The position numbers and the translations under genes were made by a program. The notes below the pieces were generated by a model. The model was not told the DNA's origin. It was given only the letters and a program-made list of their open reading frames with translations, and did no database searches. A stretch of 64,000 bases of DNA from Octopus sinensis (Eukaryota), in the NCBI RefSeq assembly GCF_006345805.1, contig NC_043003.1, forward strand, positions 48,546,001 to 48,610,000, written 5' to 3'. Numbering within the stretch: position 1 is the first letter of the stretch; each line of letters starts with the position of its first letter. This document shows, in pieces, positions 25,458 to 38,300 of the stretch.

Positions 25458-25984
25458 CGCACGCACGCACACAAAGGCATGGCTAATAAGCCCAGCTACA
25501 GCTGTTTAGATGCAGGCATGGCTGTGTAGGTATTAAGCACCTTTCCCATGTTCAAAGTTTCAGGTTCAGTCCCACCGTGTGGCACTTTGGTCAAATGTCT
25601 TCTATTATAACCCAGGGCCGATCAAAGCCTTGTGAGTGCATTTGGTAGACAGAAACAGAAAGAAGACTGTCATATGAGAGTGTCTTTGTATGTGCACCTG
25701 TGTGTGTCCCCTCATGTATGTGTGTGTGGACATTTGTGTCTCCTTGTCTTGGCAAATTTCAACACTGTACATGCAGTATTGTTTGTTTCCAGTCTTTTAT
25801 GTAAACTTATCCAGCTAAGGAGAAATATTATTACTTTGTTATGAGGCAGGTAAGGGCTGATGACAGCAATGGCATCCAGCCTGAGAAAATCTGCCACAAT
25901 GAATTCTGTCTGATCCATACAAGCATGAAAAAGTAGATGTTAAGATGATGATGATGTTGATATATATCTATATATGTCTACCCA

Positions 25985-26248
25985 GCAATCTATCAATCTG
26001 TCTGTCTGCCTATCTATCTATTTGTCTGTCTGTCTGTCTATCTATATATCTGTCTGTCTGTCTGTCTATCTGTCTGTCTGTCTATCTGTCTGTCTGTCTA
26101 TCTGTCTATCTATCTATCTGTCTATCTGACTATCTATCTGTCTATCTGACTGTCTGTCTGTCTGTCTGTCTATCTGTCTACCTATCTATCTGTCTACCTA
26201 TCTATCTGTCTATCTGTCTGTCTATCTGTCTGTCTATCTATCTGTCTA

Positions 26249-26283
<35 letters not shown>

Positions 26284-26285
26284 GA
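25985..26285. repeat. (TCTA/TCTG)n tetranucleotide microsatellite
   Basis: Direct inspection. Confidence 0.95.
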
Positions 26286-27384
26286 GTGTGTGTATGTGTG
26301 TGTGTGCCCACCAGTCTTAGAGGCATTGAAAAACATAAAGGCTCGTGGGTGGTGCTGTATCTTCTCTGATAAATCACAAAAAGCAGACAAATATCTATCT
26401 GTCTTTTTGTCTGTCTGTGTGTGTACACACACGTGTGTGCATGTGTGTATGTGTGTGTTTGTGTTTGTTCACCAGTCTCAGAAGCATTGTAAAAACACAA
26501 AAGATTTCTCATAAAGCACTAAACTAGAAAGAAATAACTGCATATGGGTATATGAAACAATTGAAACCATGGTGTTCGACAATAAACTTGCTATGTATGT
26601 TTGCAAATGTATTACAGATGGGTGTTCATATGTATGTAGAAGTACATAAGTTATGACTATATAACATAGCAAAACTATTATAGTAAAGATTTAAAGATAG
26701 AGAGAGAGAGAGAGAGAGAGAGGACAGAGAAAAGGAAGGAAGTTCGAAATTAAAATAACTTGAAGTGATTTGTGAGGCATGTGTTCATACACTTGCATAT
26801 ATACGTATGTCTAAATGTAGAGGGGGCGTTTGTAAATGAGAATATCTTTAGACACGTATATGTAATGTTAGTACTTAATGCAAGAAGAAATGAAATGTAT
26901 AACACATTGTATGAATATGTGTATGCGTGCACGTGTATATGTGTGTGTGTGTGTGTGCGTATGTATGTGAGTTTCTGCGAGCATGTTTGCATACATAATT
27001 ACACCAATAAGTTCTTGGAGTGAGTTTGCAGACGTTGTAGACAGAGAAGCATGACAAATATGTCAACAGGAAGATATCTCCTTTCTGCTGTTCTCTGTAA
27101 TAAGTATGTGTGTGTACATGCATACATACATGCATGAATACATACATACATACACACATACATACATACATACATGTGTGGCAAGGCATGACTCAGTGCA
27201 GGTATGGTCATGTGGTGTTGATTTTCATTTTCTTTGCACATGGTTTTAGGTTCTGCTTGACTGCATGGTACATTGGGCAAGTGTCATCATTTATAATGTT
27301 GGAGGTCAATCAAAACCATATGAGTGGAAGTAGTTTAGTGAAAACTATACAAAAATCTGCTTTGTGTATGCATGTATGTATGTG

Positions 27385-28470
27385 TATCATCATCATCATC
27401 ATCATTTAATGTCCGTTGTCCATGTCGGCAGGGTTGGATGGTTTGACCAGGGCTGGTAAACTGGAAGGCTGCAGCAGACTCCAGTATGATTTGGTATAAT
27501 TTTCTTTGACTGGACGCCTTCCTGATGCCAACCACTTTGAGAGTGTAATGGGTGCTTTTACATGCAACTGGCACTTGTATCTGCACCAGTATCTGCCACC
27601 ACTGTGATTTTACTTGGCTTGATGGGTCAGCTTCTAAAGCACAACATAATGCCAAAGGCTTCAGTCATTGTCTCAGTGAGGCCCAACACTCAAAAGGAAC
27701 TCAGCCACTTTGCCTCCCTGAGGCTCAACACTCGAAAGGAACATTATTTACATTATTTACATTTGATGGATACTTGTCCTCATCATGATTGTTGTTAACA
27801 CAACGTTTCAGCTGATATACCCTCCAAATATCCGTCAAATGTAAATAATGTAAATAATGTACATAATTCCTCATCTCTTAAATATAGAACTCAAAAGGAA
27901 CTCAGCCACTTTGCTTCCATGAGGCCCAACATTCGAAAGGAACTCAACCACTTTGCCTCCATGAGGCCCAACATTCGAAAGGAACTCAACTACTTTGTCT
28001 CCATGAGGCCCAATACTCGAAAGGAACTTGGCCACTTTGCCTCTGTGAGGCTCAACGCTTCAAAGGTGCTCTTTACGTGCTACTTATATGACACCAGGAA
28101 CAGCCATGACTATGATTTCACTTGGCTTGACGAGTCTTCTCAAGCACAGCATATCGCCAAAGGTCTCAGTCACTAGTCATTGCCACTGTGAGGCCCAAAG
28201 TTCAGAGATCATGATCCACCACTTCGTCCCATGTCTTCCTGGGTCTACCTCAACCACAGGTTCCCTCAACAATTAGAGACCAGCACTTCTTTATACAGCT
28301 GTCTTCGTCCATATGCATCACATGACCACACCAGTGCGGTAGTCTCTTGCACACCACATCTGAGAGAGAGGCCCTTTGTTGCCAATAGAGGTACGAGCCC
28401 TCTAGACTTTGACCAACCTGATCTTATTCTCACAGCTACGCTCTCACAGCATCCACCCCACTTCTAACTT
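27385..28470 (-). mobile_element. 5'-truncated RTE LINE with 39-bp repeats in the 3' UTR, interrupted by a fold-back insert
   Basis: (ATC)n tail at ~27385, conserved terminal motif, and RT C-terminal remnants at 28200-28460. Confidence 0.85.
27741..27860. repeat. Fold-back, ~36-bp arms, inserted in an RTE 3' UTR
   Basis: acattatttacattatttacatttga.. / ..tcaaatgtaaataatgtaaataatgt; the minus-strand spacer contains GAAACGTT. Confidence 0.85.
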
Positions 28471-28824
28471 GGACATAGAGTTACCAAAGGTTTCATATCC
28501 ACAAAGCCAAAGCCTTGTGGACAGCTCATAAGACCCTAGACAAAGACAAAATATTCTAATTTCTCTAGTTAGATGTACTTTCTGTTCCCAACAAGTCACA
28601 TATCCAGCCCACAAGCTTCTATCTGTGTACTGCCCTTGTGTACTGCAAATTATATGAAATAAACAAGTCACATATTTCTAAGTAAGGTAGTATTTCTCCA
28701 TGGTCAAACTTATTTTCTACAGAAAACTAGAAATATAGAATAACATCATTTGTATGATGATGATGATGCACATTTACAACCATCACATGATGTCAAGACA
28801 AGGGTATACACACACACACATATA

Positions 28825-29040
28825 TCATCATCATCATCATCAGCATCATTTAACGTCCACTTTCCATGCTAGCATGGGTTGGATGATTTGACCGAGGACT
28901 GGTGAACCAGATGGCTGCATCATCATCATCAGATGGCTGCACCAGGCTCCAATCTTGATCTGGCAGAGTTTCTACAGCTGGATTTCCTTCCTAATGCCAA
29001 CCACTCCAAGAGTGTAGTGGGTGCTTTTACATGCCAATGG
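28825..29040 (-). mobile_element. RTE 3'-tail fragment
   Basis: (CAT)n plus terminal stem-loop motif. Confidence 0.8.
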
Positions 29041-29152
29041 CAAATCCACCCAACAAAACCAAAGAAAAACACAACAAGAAAAAAAAACAACAATGTGAGG
29101 ATGTGGCACATGGAAAGTATTAACAGATGTTCAGGGAAGGAAAGAAATGTAG

Positions 29153-29448
29153 TTTTACGTTTTGAGCAAAGCTCTTCTTCAGAAAAAGGAAACAGAGGAA
29201 AATTTAAGAGAAAAGGAAGATGGAGGAAAAAAAAATCACCAACGATCCACATGTAGCTACATTTTGCAATACATACATATAAATATATACATATACATAC
29301 ATATATATATATATACATATATAGGGAGAGTTTACGAAAAAAACAAAAGACGAAGACAAGTGGTATACAAAACAAACAGATGTATTAGTATAACGCTCAG
29401 GAACAGAAAAAGTCTTTTACATTTCGAGCCTATGCTCTTCTACAGAAA
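29153..29448 (-). ncRNA. Tandem pair of degenerate minimal hammerhead motifs
   Basis: ttt-CTGAAGA-a-gagc ttt gctc-AAA-ACGT-A-aaa (29153-29186) and ttt-CTGTAGA-a-gagc atag gctc-GAA-ATGT-A-aaa (29415-29448). Confidence 0.5.
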
Positions 29449-29804
29449 GGGACACAGAAAAAACAAGGAGAGAAAAAAAATGTGTGTAGTGGCTAACGAT
29501 CTATATATATATATACATGTAAATAATAAATATGTCTTTTAACGACAAAATGTTTATTCCAAATTAATATAAATATTCTAAATTAATATAACTCCTGTAT
29601 GTATCATTACATTCTGATTAATATTGATAATCCTTTAAAAATGAGCTCTTTTCTCCTCTCGATATTTCTGAAGAGTAGATATGCATCCATAATATTCTTT
29701 TTTCTTTTTCTTCATTTTACTTGTTTCAGTCATTTGACTCTGGCCATGCTGGAACACATTTTCAATTTCATTTAAATGGGATGCATAATTCATGTAACGA
29801 CCGT

Positions 29805-31371
29805 ACACACACACACACATACACACGTGCACACGCACACATATATTTATTCACTCATGCATATATATATGTTCATTTACTTGTTTCAGTCATTTGACTG
29901 TGGCCATGCTGGAGCACCACCTTTAGTTGAGCAAATTGACCCAAAGACTTATTCTTTGTTAGCCTAGAACTTATTCTATTGGTCTCTTTTGCTGAACTGC
30001 TAAGTTATGGGGATGAAGACACACCAGTGATGTTGAGGGAGGAGACAAACACAAGCACACAATCATATACACACACACATACATATACATATATACGACA
30101 GGCTTCTTTCAATTTCCGTCTACAAAATACACTCACAAGGCTTTGGTTGACCCAAGTCTATAGTAGAAGACGCTTACCCAAGGTGCCACGCAATGGGACT
30201 GAACCCAGAACCATGTGGTTGGTAAGCAAGCTACCTACCACTCAGCCAAACATGTATACATGTGTGTGTGTGTGTTTTCATGAGTCTAACAGAAAAATAG
30301 TAATAAAGTGGGTGTATCATTAGTATTTATATAATATTATAGTCTCACAACAGCCAATTAACTTCACAAAATTGTTTCAAGCCAAAACCTTCCTAGAAAT
30401 GAAGAAGTAATGATAGCAATCATCAGATATGGCTCGGCATGTCCAATGATTGTTAATTTTACTTCTCCATTTCTGGAAGGGTTTTGGCATGAAACTGTAA
30501 GGCAACATCAGTAGCTGTCATGAGATTATTTTATTACATAAATATTACTAATGATATATATATATATATATAATATATATATATATATATACATATATAC
30601 ACACACACACACACACACATACACACGTGCACACGCACACATATATTTATTCACTCATGCATATATATATGTTCATTTACTTGTTTCAGTCATTTGACTG
30701 TGGCCATGCTGGAGCACCACCTTTAGTTGAGCAAATTGACCCAAAGACTTATTCTTTATTAGCCTAGAACTTATTCTATTGGTCTCTTTTGCTGAACTGC
30801 TAAGTTATGGGGATGAAGACACACCAGTGATGTTGAGGGAGGAGACAAACACAAGCACACAATCATATACACACACACATACATATACATATATACGACA
30901 GGCTTCTTTCAATTTCCGTCTACAAAATACACTCACAAGGCTTTGGTTGACCCAAGTCTATAGTAGAAGACGCTTACCCAAGGTGCCACGCAATGGGACT
31001 GAACCCAGAACCATGTGGTTGGTAAGCAAGCTACCTACCACTCAGCCAAACATGTATACATGTGTGTGTGTGTGTTTTCATGAGTCTAACAGAAAAATAG
31101 TAATAAAGTGGGTGTATCATTAGTATTTATATAATATTATAGTCTCACAACAGCCAATTAACTTCACAAAATTGTTTCAAGCCAAAACCTTCCTAGAAAT
31201 GAAGAAGTAATGATAGCAATCATCAGATATGGCTCGGCATGTCCAATGATTGTTAATTTTACTTCTCCATTTCTGGAAGGGTTTTGGCATGAAACTGTAA
31301 GGCAACATCAGTAGCTGTCATGAGATTATTTTATTACATAAATATTACTAATGATATATATATATATATAT
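29805..31371. repeat. Near-perfect 800-bp tandem duplication (SINE A plus fold-back)
   Basis: Identical ORFs at 29979 and 30779, offset exactly 800; one substitution seen (ctttgtt vs ctttatt). Confidence 0.96.
30316..30555. repeat. Diverged fold-back (duplicated at 31116-31355)
   Basis: tatcattagtattt...gccaaaaccttcc.agaaatg.agaagtaa / ttacttctccatttctggaagggttttggc...aaatattactaatgata. Confidence 0.75.
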
Positions 31372-31550
31372 ATATACATATGTACATATATATATGTGAG
31401 TGTGTATAATTTTTTATAAATGAATACTGCACAGCTGTACAAATGTTTTAATGTTATTGCAAAGAAAATATAATCCCTTCAAACATTTGAAGCATACACA
31501 CACACACACACACATGCACACACAAGCACACACAGATGTATATATATATT

Positions 31551-31622
31551 ACCGTAAATCCTCAAGTATAATCCGCATTTTTTCCCCAAAATTTAAAGGT
31601 CAAAATCCCTAGTGCGTACTAT
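31551..31622 (+). mobile_element. Possible pogo/TcMar-type terminal repeat
   Basis: TA|ccgtaaatcctcaagtataatccgca start, interrupted by an RTE tail. Confidence 0.4.
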
Positions 31623-31790
31623 ATCATCATAATCATCACCATCGTTTAACGTCTGCTTTCCATGCTAGCATGGGTTGGACGGTTCAACTGGGGTCTGGGA
31701 AGCCAGAAGGCTGCACCAGGCCCAGTCTGATCTGGCAGTGTTTCTACAGCTGGATGTCCTTCCTAACGCCAACCACTCTGAGAGTGTAGT
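31623..31790 (-). mobile_element. RTE 3'-tail fragment inserted into a DNA-transposon end
   Basis: Terminal motif flanked by TA-rich sequence. Confidence 0.8.
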
Positions 31791-32039
31791 ATATATATAT
31801 TATAAAGTAAGAGCAGGAAAAATTACATCAAAAAGTCACATAAGATATACTTCCATAATATAAATAATATTTATAATTAGATAAATATATAGAATATATA
31901 GACTGATAGAAAAAGTACTAGGCTTCCAAAGAATAAGTCCTGGGGCCAATTTTCTCGACTAAAGGTGGTGCTCCAGCATGGCCGCAGTCAAATGACTGAA
32001 ACAAGTAAAAGAGAAGAGTATATATAGTATAATTATTAA

Positions 32040-32521
32040 AAAAGTTTGAGATATCTTATGATCGTTTCATGAATGTTTTACCCTTCAAAATGAAATCCAA
32101 AACTGATAATCATTATTAGGCAATACATCCACTCGTCAGAGAAAAGGATGAATTTCTGTGTAGTCATTCCAGGTGCCATTATATTAAACATTTGCAAAGA
32201 GTAATCATGCCATGCACAAAAAATTCAGCAGAAATGTCAGATTTTCAAAGAGGTCATATTGTTGGGCAATCTGAGGCTGGTCTTTGCCAGCGAAAAATTG
32301 CCGAAAATCTTCAAATCCTTCTGCTACTGTAAATAGAATTATAGTGCAATTCAAAAGTCAAGGAAATAATCAACAGATTCTTGTCCTGGCTGACCTGGGC
32401 CCTTGGAAAGGAAGCTTCGCTGTTTGAAGAGAATTGTGGAAAATGAACCCCGTTCAAAGGCTTCTGATATTGCAAAACAGCTAGAAGTTAGTCCAAGAAC
32501 ATGTGTTACATATCTGCATAA
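32040..32521 (+). mobile_element. Tc1-like transposase N-terminal (HTH) fossil
   Basis: MSDFQRGHIVGQSEAGLCQRKIAENLQI...LKRIVENEPRSKASDIAKQLEVSPRT, with frameshifts. Confidence 0.78.
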
Positions 32522-33000
32522 GAGCCAACCCATAACATTACATGACATGTCAGGGATTCGCTAGAGGGGTAGACCCAATCCATAACATTACATGACATGT
32601 CAGAGATTCGCCAGAGGGGCAGGGCCAATACATAACATTATATGACATGTCAGATTCGCCAGAAGGGCAGGGTCAACCCATAACATTACATGATGTCAGA
32701 TTCGCCAGAGAGGCACACAAACCCATAACATTACATGACATGTCAGATTCGCCAGAGGGGAAGACCCAACCCATAACATTACATAACATGTCAGATTCGC
32801 CAGAGAGGCAGGCCTAATCCATAACATTACATGACATGTCAGATTTGCCAGAGGGGCAGGGCCAATCCATAACATTACACGACATGTCAGATTTGCCCGA
32901 GGGCCAGGGCCAACCCATAACATTACATGACACGTCAGGCATTCGCTAGAGGGGCAAACTTAATCCATAACATTACATGACATGTCAAGGATTCGCCAGA
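32522..33000. repeat. Minisatellite, ~46-bp unit, about 10 copies
   Basis: Unit ccataacattacatgacatgtcagattcgccagaggggcagggccaa. Confidence 0.95.
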
Positions 33001-33138
33001 TATATATATATATATATATACACATATATACATATATATACACACCTATATATATATACACATACATATATGTGTATATATATACATATACATATATAAA
33101 TGCATATATACATACATATATATGTATATACATATGTT

Positions 33139-33213
<75 letters not shown>

Positions 33214-33708
33214 ATATACGCACAAATATATACATATATACATCTATCTATGTATATATATATGCATATATATACGCGATCCATATACACATATATATAT
33301 ACATATATGTGTGCATATACACACACACACACACATATATATATATACATATATACATTTATATATGCATTCACATATATATATATGTGCACATATATAT
33401 ATATTATATATACATATATACACACATATATATATATATGTGTATACACACATACACACACATATTTATTGTCCTTTACTTCTTTCACCTGTTTCTGTCA
33501 TTAAACTGCGACCATGCTACGGCACTGTCTTAAAGAATTTCAGTTGAATGAATCAACTCCTGTACTTATCTTTTAAGCCTGGTACTAATTCTATCAATCT
33601 CTTTTGTCAAACTGCTAGGTTACAACGATGTAAACACAACAACACTAGTTGTTAAGGGGTGGTGATGGACAAACACAGACTCAAAGACACACACACTGAT
33701 ATGCATAC

Positions 33709-33753
<45 letters not shown>

Positions 33754-33927
33754 TATATTATATAAATATATATATATACATATATATATATTATATAAAT
33801 ATATATATACATATATATATATTATATAAATATATATATACATATACATATATATATATTATATATATATATACATATATATATATTATATAAATATATA
33901 TATACATATATTATATATATATATATT
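33001..33927. repeat. Compound (TA)n/(TG)n tracts around a SINE A tail
   Basis: Direct inspection. Confidence 0.9.
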
Positions 33928-35295
33928 ATATGTACCCAGTGTAAGCTATGGACACATAAGAGGTGCAGCAATGTCAAAGGTAGGCTAACTGGGAAGATAG
34001 TTTTTGTATGTGGCAGATGCTCTGGAGCATTGACCTCCGAAAATCTGCAGAAAACAACTTCCGTCACTTTCCGGGGGGAAAACTAGAAGTAGTTGATAGC
34101 TTCCGCTATCTAGGTGACCAAGTCAGTAGTGGGGGCGGGTGCGCTGAAAGTGTAACTGCTAGAATAAGAATAGCCTGGGCAAAGTTTAGGGAGCTCTTAC
34201 CTCTGCTGGTGACTAAAGGCCTCTCGCTCAGAGTAAAAGGCAGACTGTATGATGTCATGTGTACGAACAGCTATGCTACATGGCAGTGAAACATGGGCCG
34301 TGACTGCTGAGGACATGCGTAAGCTTATGAGGAACGAAGCCAGTATGCTCCGATGGATGTGTAATGTCAGTGTACTTACTCGACAGAGCGTTAGTACCTT
34401 GAGAGAAATGTTGTACCTAAGAAGCATCAGTTGTTGTGTGCAAGAGAGACGATTGCGCTGGTATGGTCATGTGGCGAGAATGGATGAAGATAGGTGTGTG
34501 AGAAAGTGCCAATCCCTAGCAGTTGAGGGAACCCGTGGAAGAGGTAGACCCAGGAAAACCTGGGACGAAGTGGTGAAGTACGACCTTCGGACGTTAGATC
34601 TCACCATGGAAATGACTAGAGACCGAGACCTATGGAAGTATGCTGTGCGTGAGAAGACCCGGCAAGACTAGTGAAGCCATAATCCGTGGCCCCTACCTGG
34701 GACGTAGTCAGTCCACCTGTGCATACCTTCCTTCTTGTGACACTTGTGAAGACCTGTTGAGGCAAGTGAGAATCGAATCAAATCAAATCAAATCAAATCG
34801 AACCAAATCAAAATAGATGAACATCAATGGAATTTGTATCCTTGTGGTACCAGTGCCGGTGGCACATAAGAAAACCATCCGAACGTGATCGTAGCCAGTA
34901 CCGCAACGACTGGCCTCCGTGCTGAGGGCACATAACAAACACCATCCGAGCGTGGCCGTCCGCCAGCCCCGTCTGGCACCTGTGTCGGTGACACATAAGA
35001 AAACACCATCCGAGCGTGGCCGTCAGCCAGCCTCGTCTGGCACCTGTGTCGGTGGCACATAAAAAACACCATCCGAGCGTGGCCGTCTGCCAGCCTCGTC
35101 TGGCACCTGTGTCGGTGGCACATAAAATCACCCACTACACTCTCGGAGTGGTTGGCGTTAGGAAGGGCATCCAGCTGTAGAAACACTGCCAGATCTGACT
35201 GGCCTGGTGCAGCCTTCGGGCTTGCCAGACCCCAGTTGAACCGTCCAACCCATGCTAGCATGGAAAGCGGACGTTAAACGATGATGATGATGATG
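33928..35295 (+). mobile_element. 5'-truncated RTE LINE, second subfamily, head-to-tail upstream of the intact copy
   Basis: Starts after (TA)n inside the PHD finger (CTQCKLWTHKRC...CGRC), then LEVVDSFRYLG...RGRGRPRKTW...KTRQD* with frameshifts, a 3' UTR with ~60-bp repeats and a (GAT)n tail. Confidence 0.93.
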
Positions 35296-35317
35296 AAATA
35301 TATATATACATATATTA

Positions 35318-38300
35318 TTGCCTCAATCCGACCATCCCCTTTTAGTACCCTCCCGCCTCGTAATATCCTACATTTTTATTTCTTACGAACCTACACCAAC
35401 CCTTCCTGCCATCGTTCCTCCTTACCCCAACCTTCCCCACTGGTTGCTCCCCTATATTACCCACCTCAACTGGACCCCCCCCCCAACTCAACTCTAGAAT
35501 ATCTGTATTTCTTTCCTCTACCTAATTACGTTACTCAGTGACGATAACGAATGTCCACTGCTAACACCAGCTCCTGCCCACGGCGTGGTCAGGTTGGAAG
35601 AGAGATCAAAAGAAAAATACCACGAAAACTATCACCACCACAACAACCCTCCTCTTCTCAGGCGCCGAATCCCCCCCGTCCCCCCCACATCTCCTTCCCA
35701 GTTTTCAGAGTTGGCACTATCAATGTTGGTACATTGACAGGCAAGTCTAGTGAGATTGTAGAGATGCTAGAGAGAAGACAGGTTGATGTATGCTGCATAC
35801 AAGAGGTAAGATGGAGAGATGCTTCGGCTAGGGTCCTCACGGGCAAGGCACTTAGGTACAAACTCTACTGGCAAGGTAACGCGGAAGGTGTAGGGGGTGT
35901 AGGCATTCTCCTTGCGGAGGAATGGGTGGATAAGGTCATAGAGGTTGTCAGGGTCTGTGATAGAGTGCTTAAGCTCAGGTTGGTCCTACAGAGTGGCACA
36001 GCTATGATTATCTCAGCCTATGCCCCACAAGCGGGACTACCAAATGATCAGAAGGACAACTTTTATGATACCCTTCTGCAGGCTACTTCAAAGACTAGTA
36101 ACAAGGACCTCATCTTTGTAGGTGGAGATTTTAATGGGCATGTTGGGCGGGAATCGGGTATCTTCACTGGGGTACATGGTGGCTATGGTATTGGCACCAG
36201 AAATGATGAGGGAACTAGACTGCTGGAATTCTGTGATGCATGTAACCTTTCAATCTGCAACACTAACTTCAAGAAGCCAGTCTGCCACCTTATAACTTAT
36301 CAGTCAGGAGACTCCGCTAGCCAAATAGACTTCATCCTCACCAGACAACGGGATGCAGGGTTGCTCTTGAATACAAAGACCCTCCCGGGTGAAGAATGTA
36401 TCCCTCAGCATAGACTAATCATCAGTGACTTTAAGCTTGAGGCCAGAAGGACTCCAAGAAACAAACCAATCCAGAAAAGAAGGATTTGGAGGCTAAAGAA
36501 CCCTTCGCATGGTCAGAAATTTAGGGACATACTCATCAAGAAATTTGATGAGAGGGAGGAGGAGCTTCAGACGTCAGACATAGAAGGTAGCTGGGAATTC
36601 CTACGGGACAGCTTGTTGAGTGCCACAGACCAAGTCTGTGGATGGTGCAAAGTCCCTTCCAGACCTAGAATTACGTGGTGGTGGAATAGTGCAGTAGATA
36701 AAGCCATCTGTGAAAAGAGACGGGCCTGGAAAGCCTGGAAGGATGGGGGCAGCAGGGAACTGTACCAGATAGCCAAAAGGGAGGCTGGGCGGCAGGTATA
36801 CATTGCCAAAGATGTAGCAGAAAAGAAGAAGTTTGCCAATGTCCAGCGTCGCGAGGATCAAAGAGCTGAAGTATTTCGGATTGCCAGACAGTGTGTCAGA
36901 GAAAATAGCGATGTTATAGGAGAGAAATGTGTCCGCATGGATGATGGGGCACTTGCTTTTACTACTAGTGAAAAGAAAGAGGCTTGGAGAAGCCATTATG
37001 AAAGACTGCTGAATGAGGAGAATGAATGGGAGGAGGAGAGCCTGCCAAATGTTGACCCAGTAGAGGGACCAGCTACCCGAATAGACAGCTCCCTTGTAGA
37101 TAAGGCAATTAAGGATATGAAACCAGGCAAAGCCCCTGGCCTATCAGGAATCACTGCTGAGATGCTTAAAACAGCTGGCTATGTGGGCTATGCCATAGTC
37201 ACCTGCATTGTAAACCAGGTAGTTCACAATGGAGTCATACCCAATGACTGGTGCAGCAGCACCATAGTCAACTGCTACAAGGGTAAGGGTGATGCTCTAG
37301 ATAGAAATAACTACAGAGGTATCAAACTGTTGGACCAGGTGATGAAGGTCTCAGAGAAGGTCATAACCAATCTCATTAGGGAGAGAATTTGTTTAGATGA
37401 AATGCAGTTCGGTTTTGTACCAGGTAGAAGCACCACTGATGCTATATTCCTGGTCCGACAACTGCAGGAGAAGTACCTAGCTAAAGATAAACCCCTCTAC
37501 ATAGCTTTTGTAGACTTGGAGAAAGCCTTTGACAGGGTTCCCCGTTCCCTTATCTGGTGGTCGATGCGGAAACTGGAGATTGAAGAATGGCTAATAAGGG
37601 CTGTACAGGCTCTATACAGAGAGGCTGTCAGCAAGGTTAGGATTGGCAACGAATATAGTGAAGAATTCCGGGTAGAAGTAGGTGTGCACCAGGGCTCAGC
37701 CCTCAGTCCCCTTTTATTCATCATAGTCCTTCAGGCAATAACAGAGGAATTCAAAACGGGATGCCCCTGGGAGCTCCTCTATGCCGATGACCTAGCTCTC
37801 ATAGCAGAATCACTACCGGAACTAGAAGAGAAATTTCGGGTGTGGAAGCAAGGGTTGGAATCAAAGGGCCTTAGAATAAATGTAGCAAAGACCAAAGTAT
37901 TAGTAAGCAGCAAGAGGTACTCAGCACACATCCCCTCGGGTAGGTGGCCCTGCTCAACCTGTAGGAAAGGTACAGGTAGAAACTCCATAAGATGCACCCA
38001 ATGTAAGTTATGGACACATAAGAGGTGCAGCAACATTAAAGGGAAATTAACAGATAAGATAGCTTTCATGTGCGGCAGATGCACAGGGACAATAGACACA
38101 ACAGACACTCAGAAAACAGATTCCATCACACTCCAGGGAGAGAAACTAGAAGTAGTTGATAGTTTCCGCTACCTGGGTGACCAAGTTAGTAGCGGAGGTG
38201 GATGCACAGAGAGTATCACCACTAGAATACGAATAGCCTGGGCAAAGTTCAGAAAGCTCCTACCCCTACTGGCAACAAAAGGTCTCTCCCTCAGAGCAAA

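Noticed and set aside
27919-28176. ORF with repeated MRPNIRKELNHFAS
   Set aside because: It is the antisense reading of the 39-bp repeat in an RTE 3' UTR.
32522-33000. CRISPR-like appearance of constant core plus variable linker
   Set aside because: The linkers are homologous to each other, the context is eukaryotic and there are no cas genes; this is a minisatellite.
32960-33547. Long ORFs rich in Y/I/H/T/C/V (also near 2830, 5750, 10150, 23520, 25945, 39278)
   Set aside because: They are translations of (TA)n, (CA)n and (GATA)n microsatellites, not proteins.
35296-35320. Target-site duplication for the intact LINE
   Set aside because: Both flanks are TA-rich low-complexity sequence and no unique duplication can be identified.
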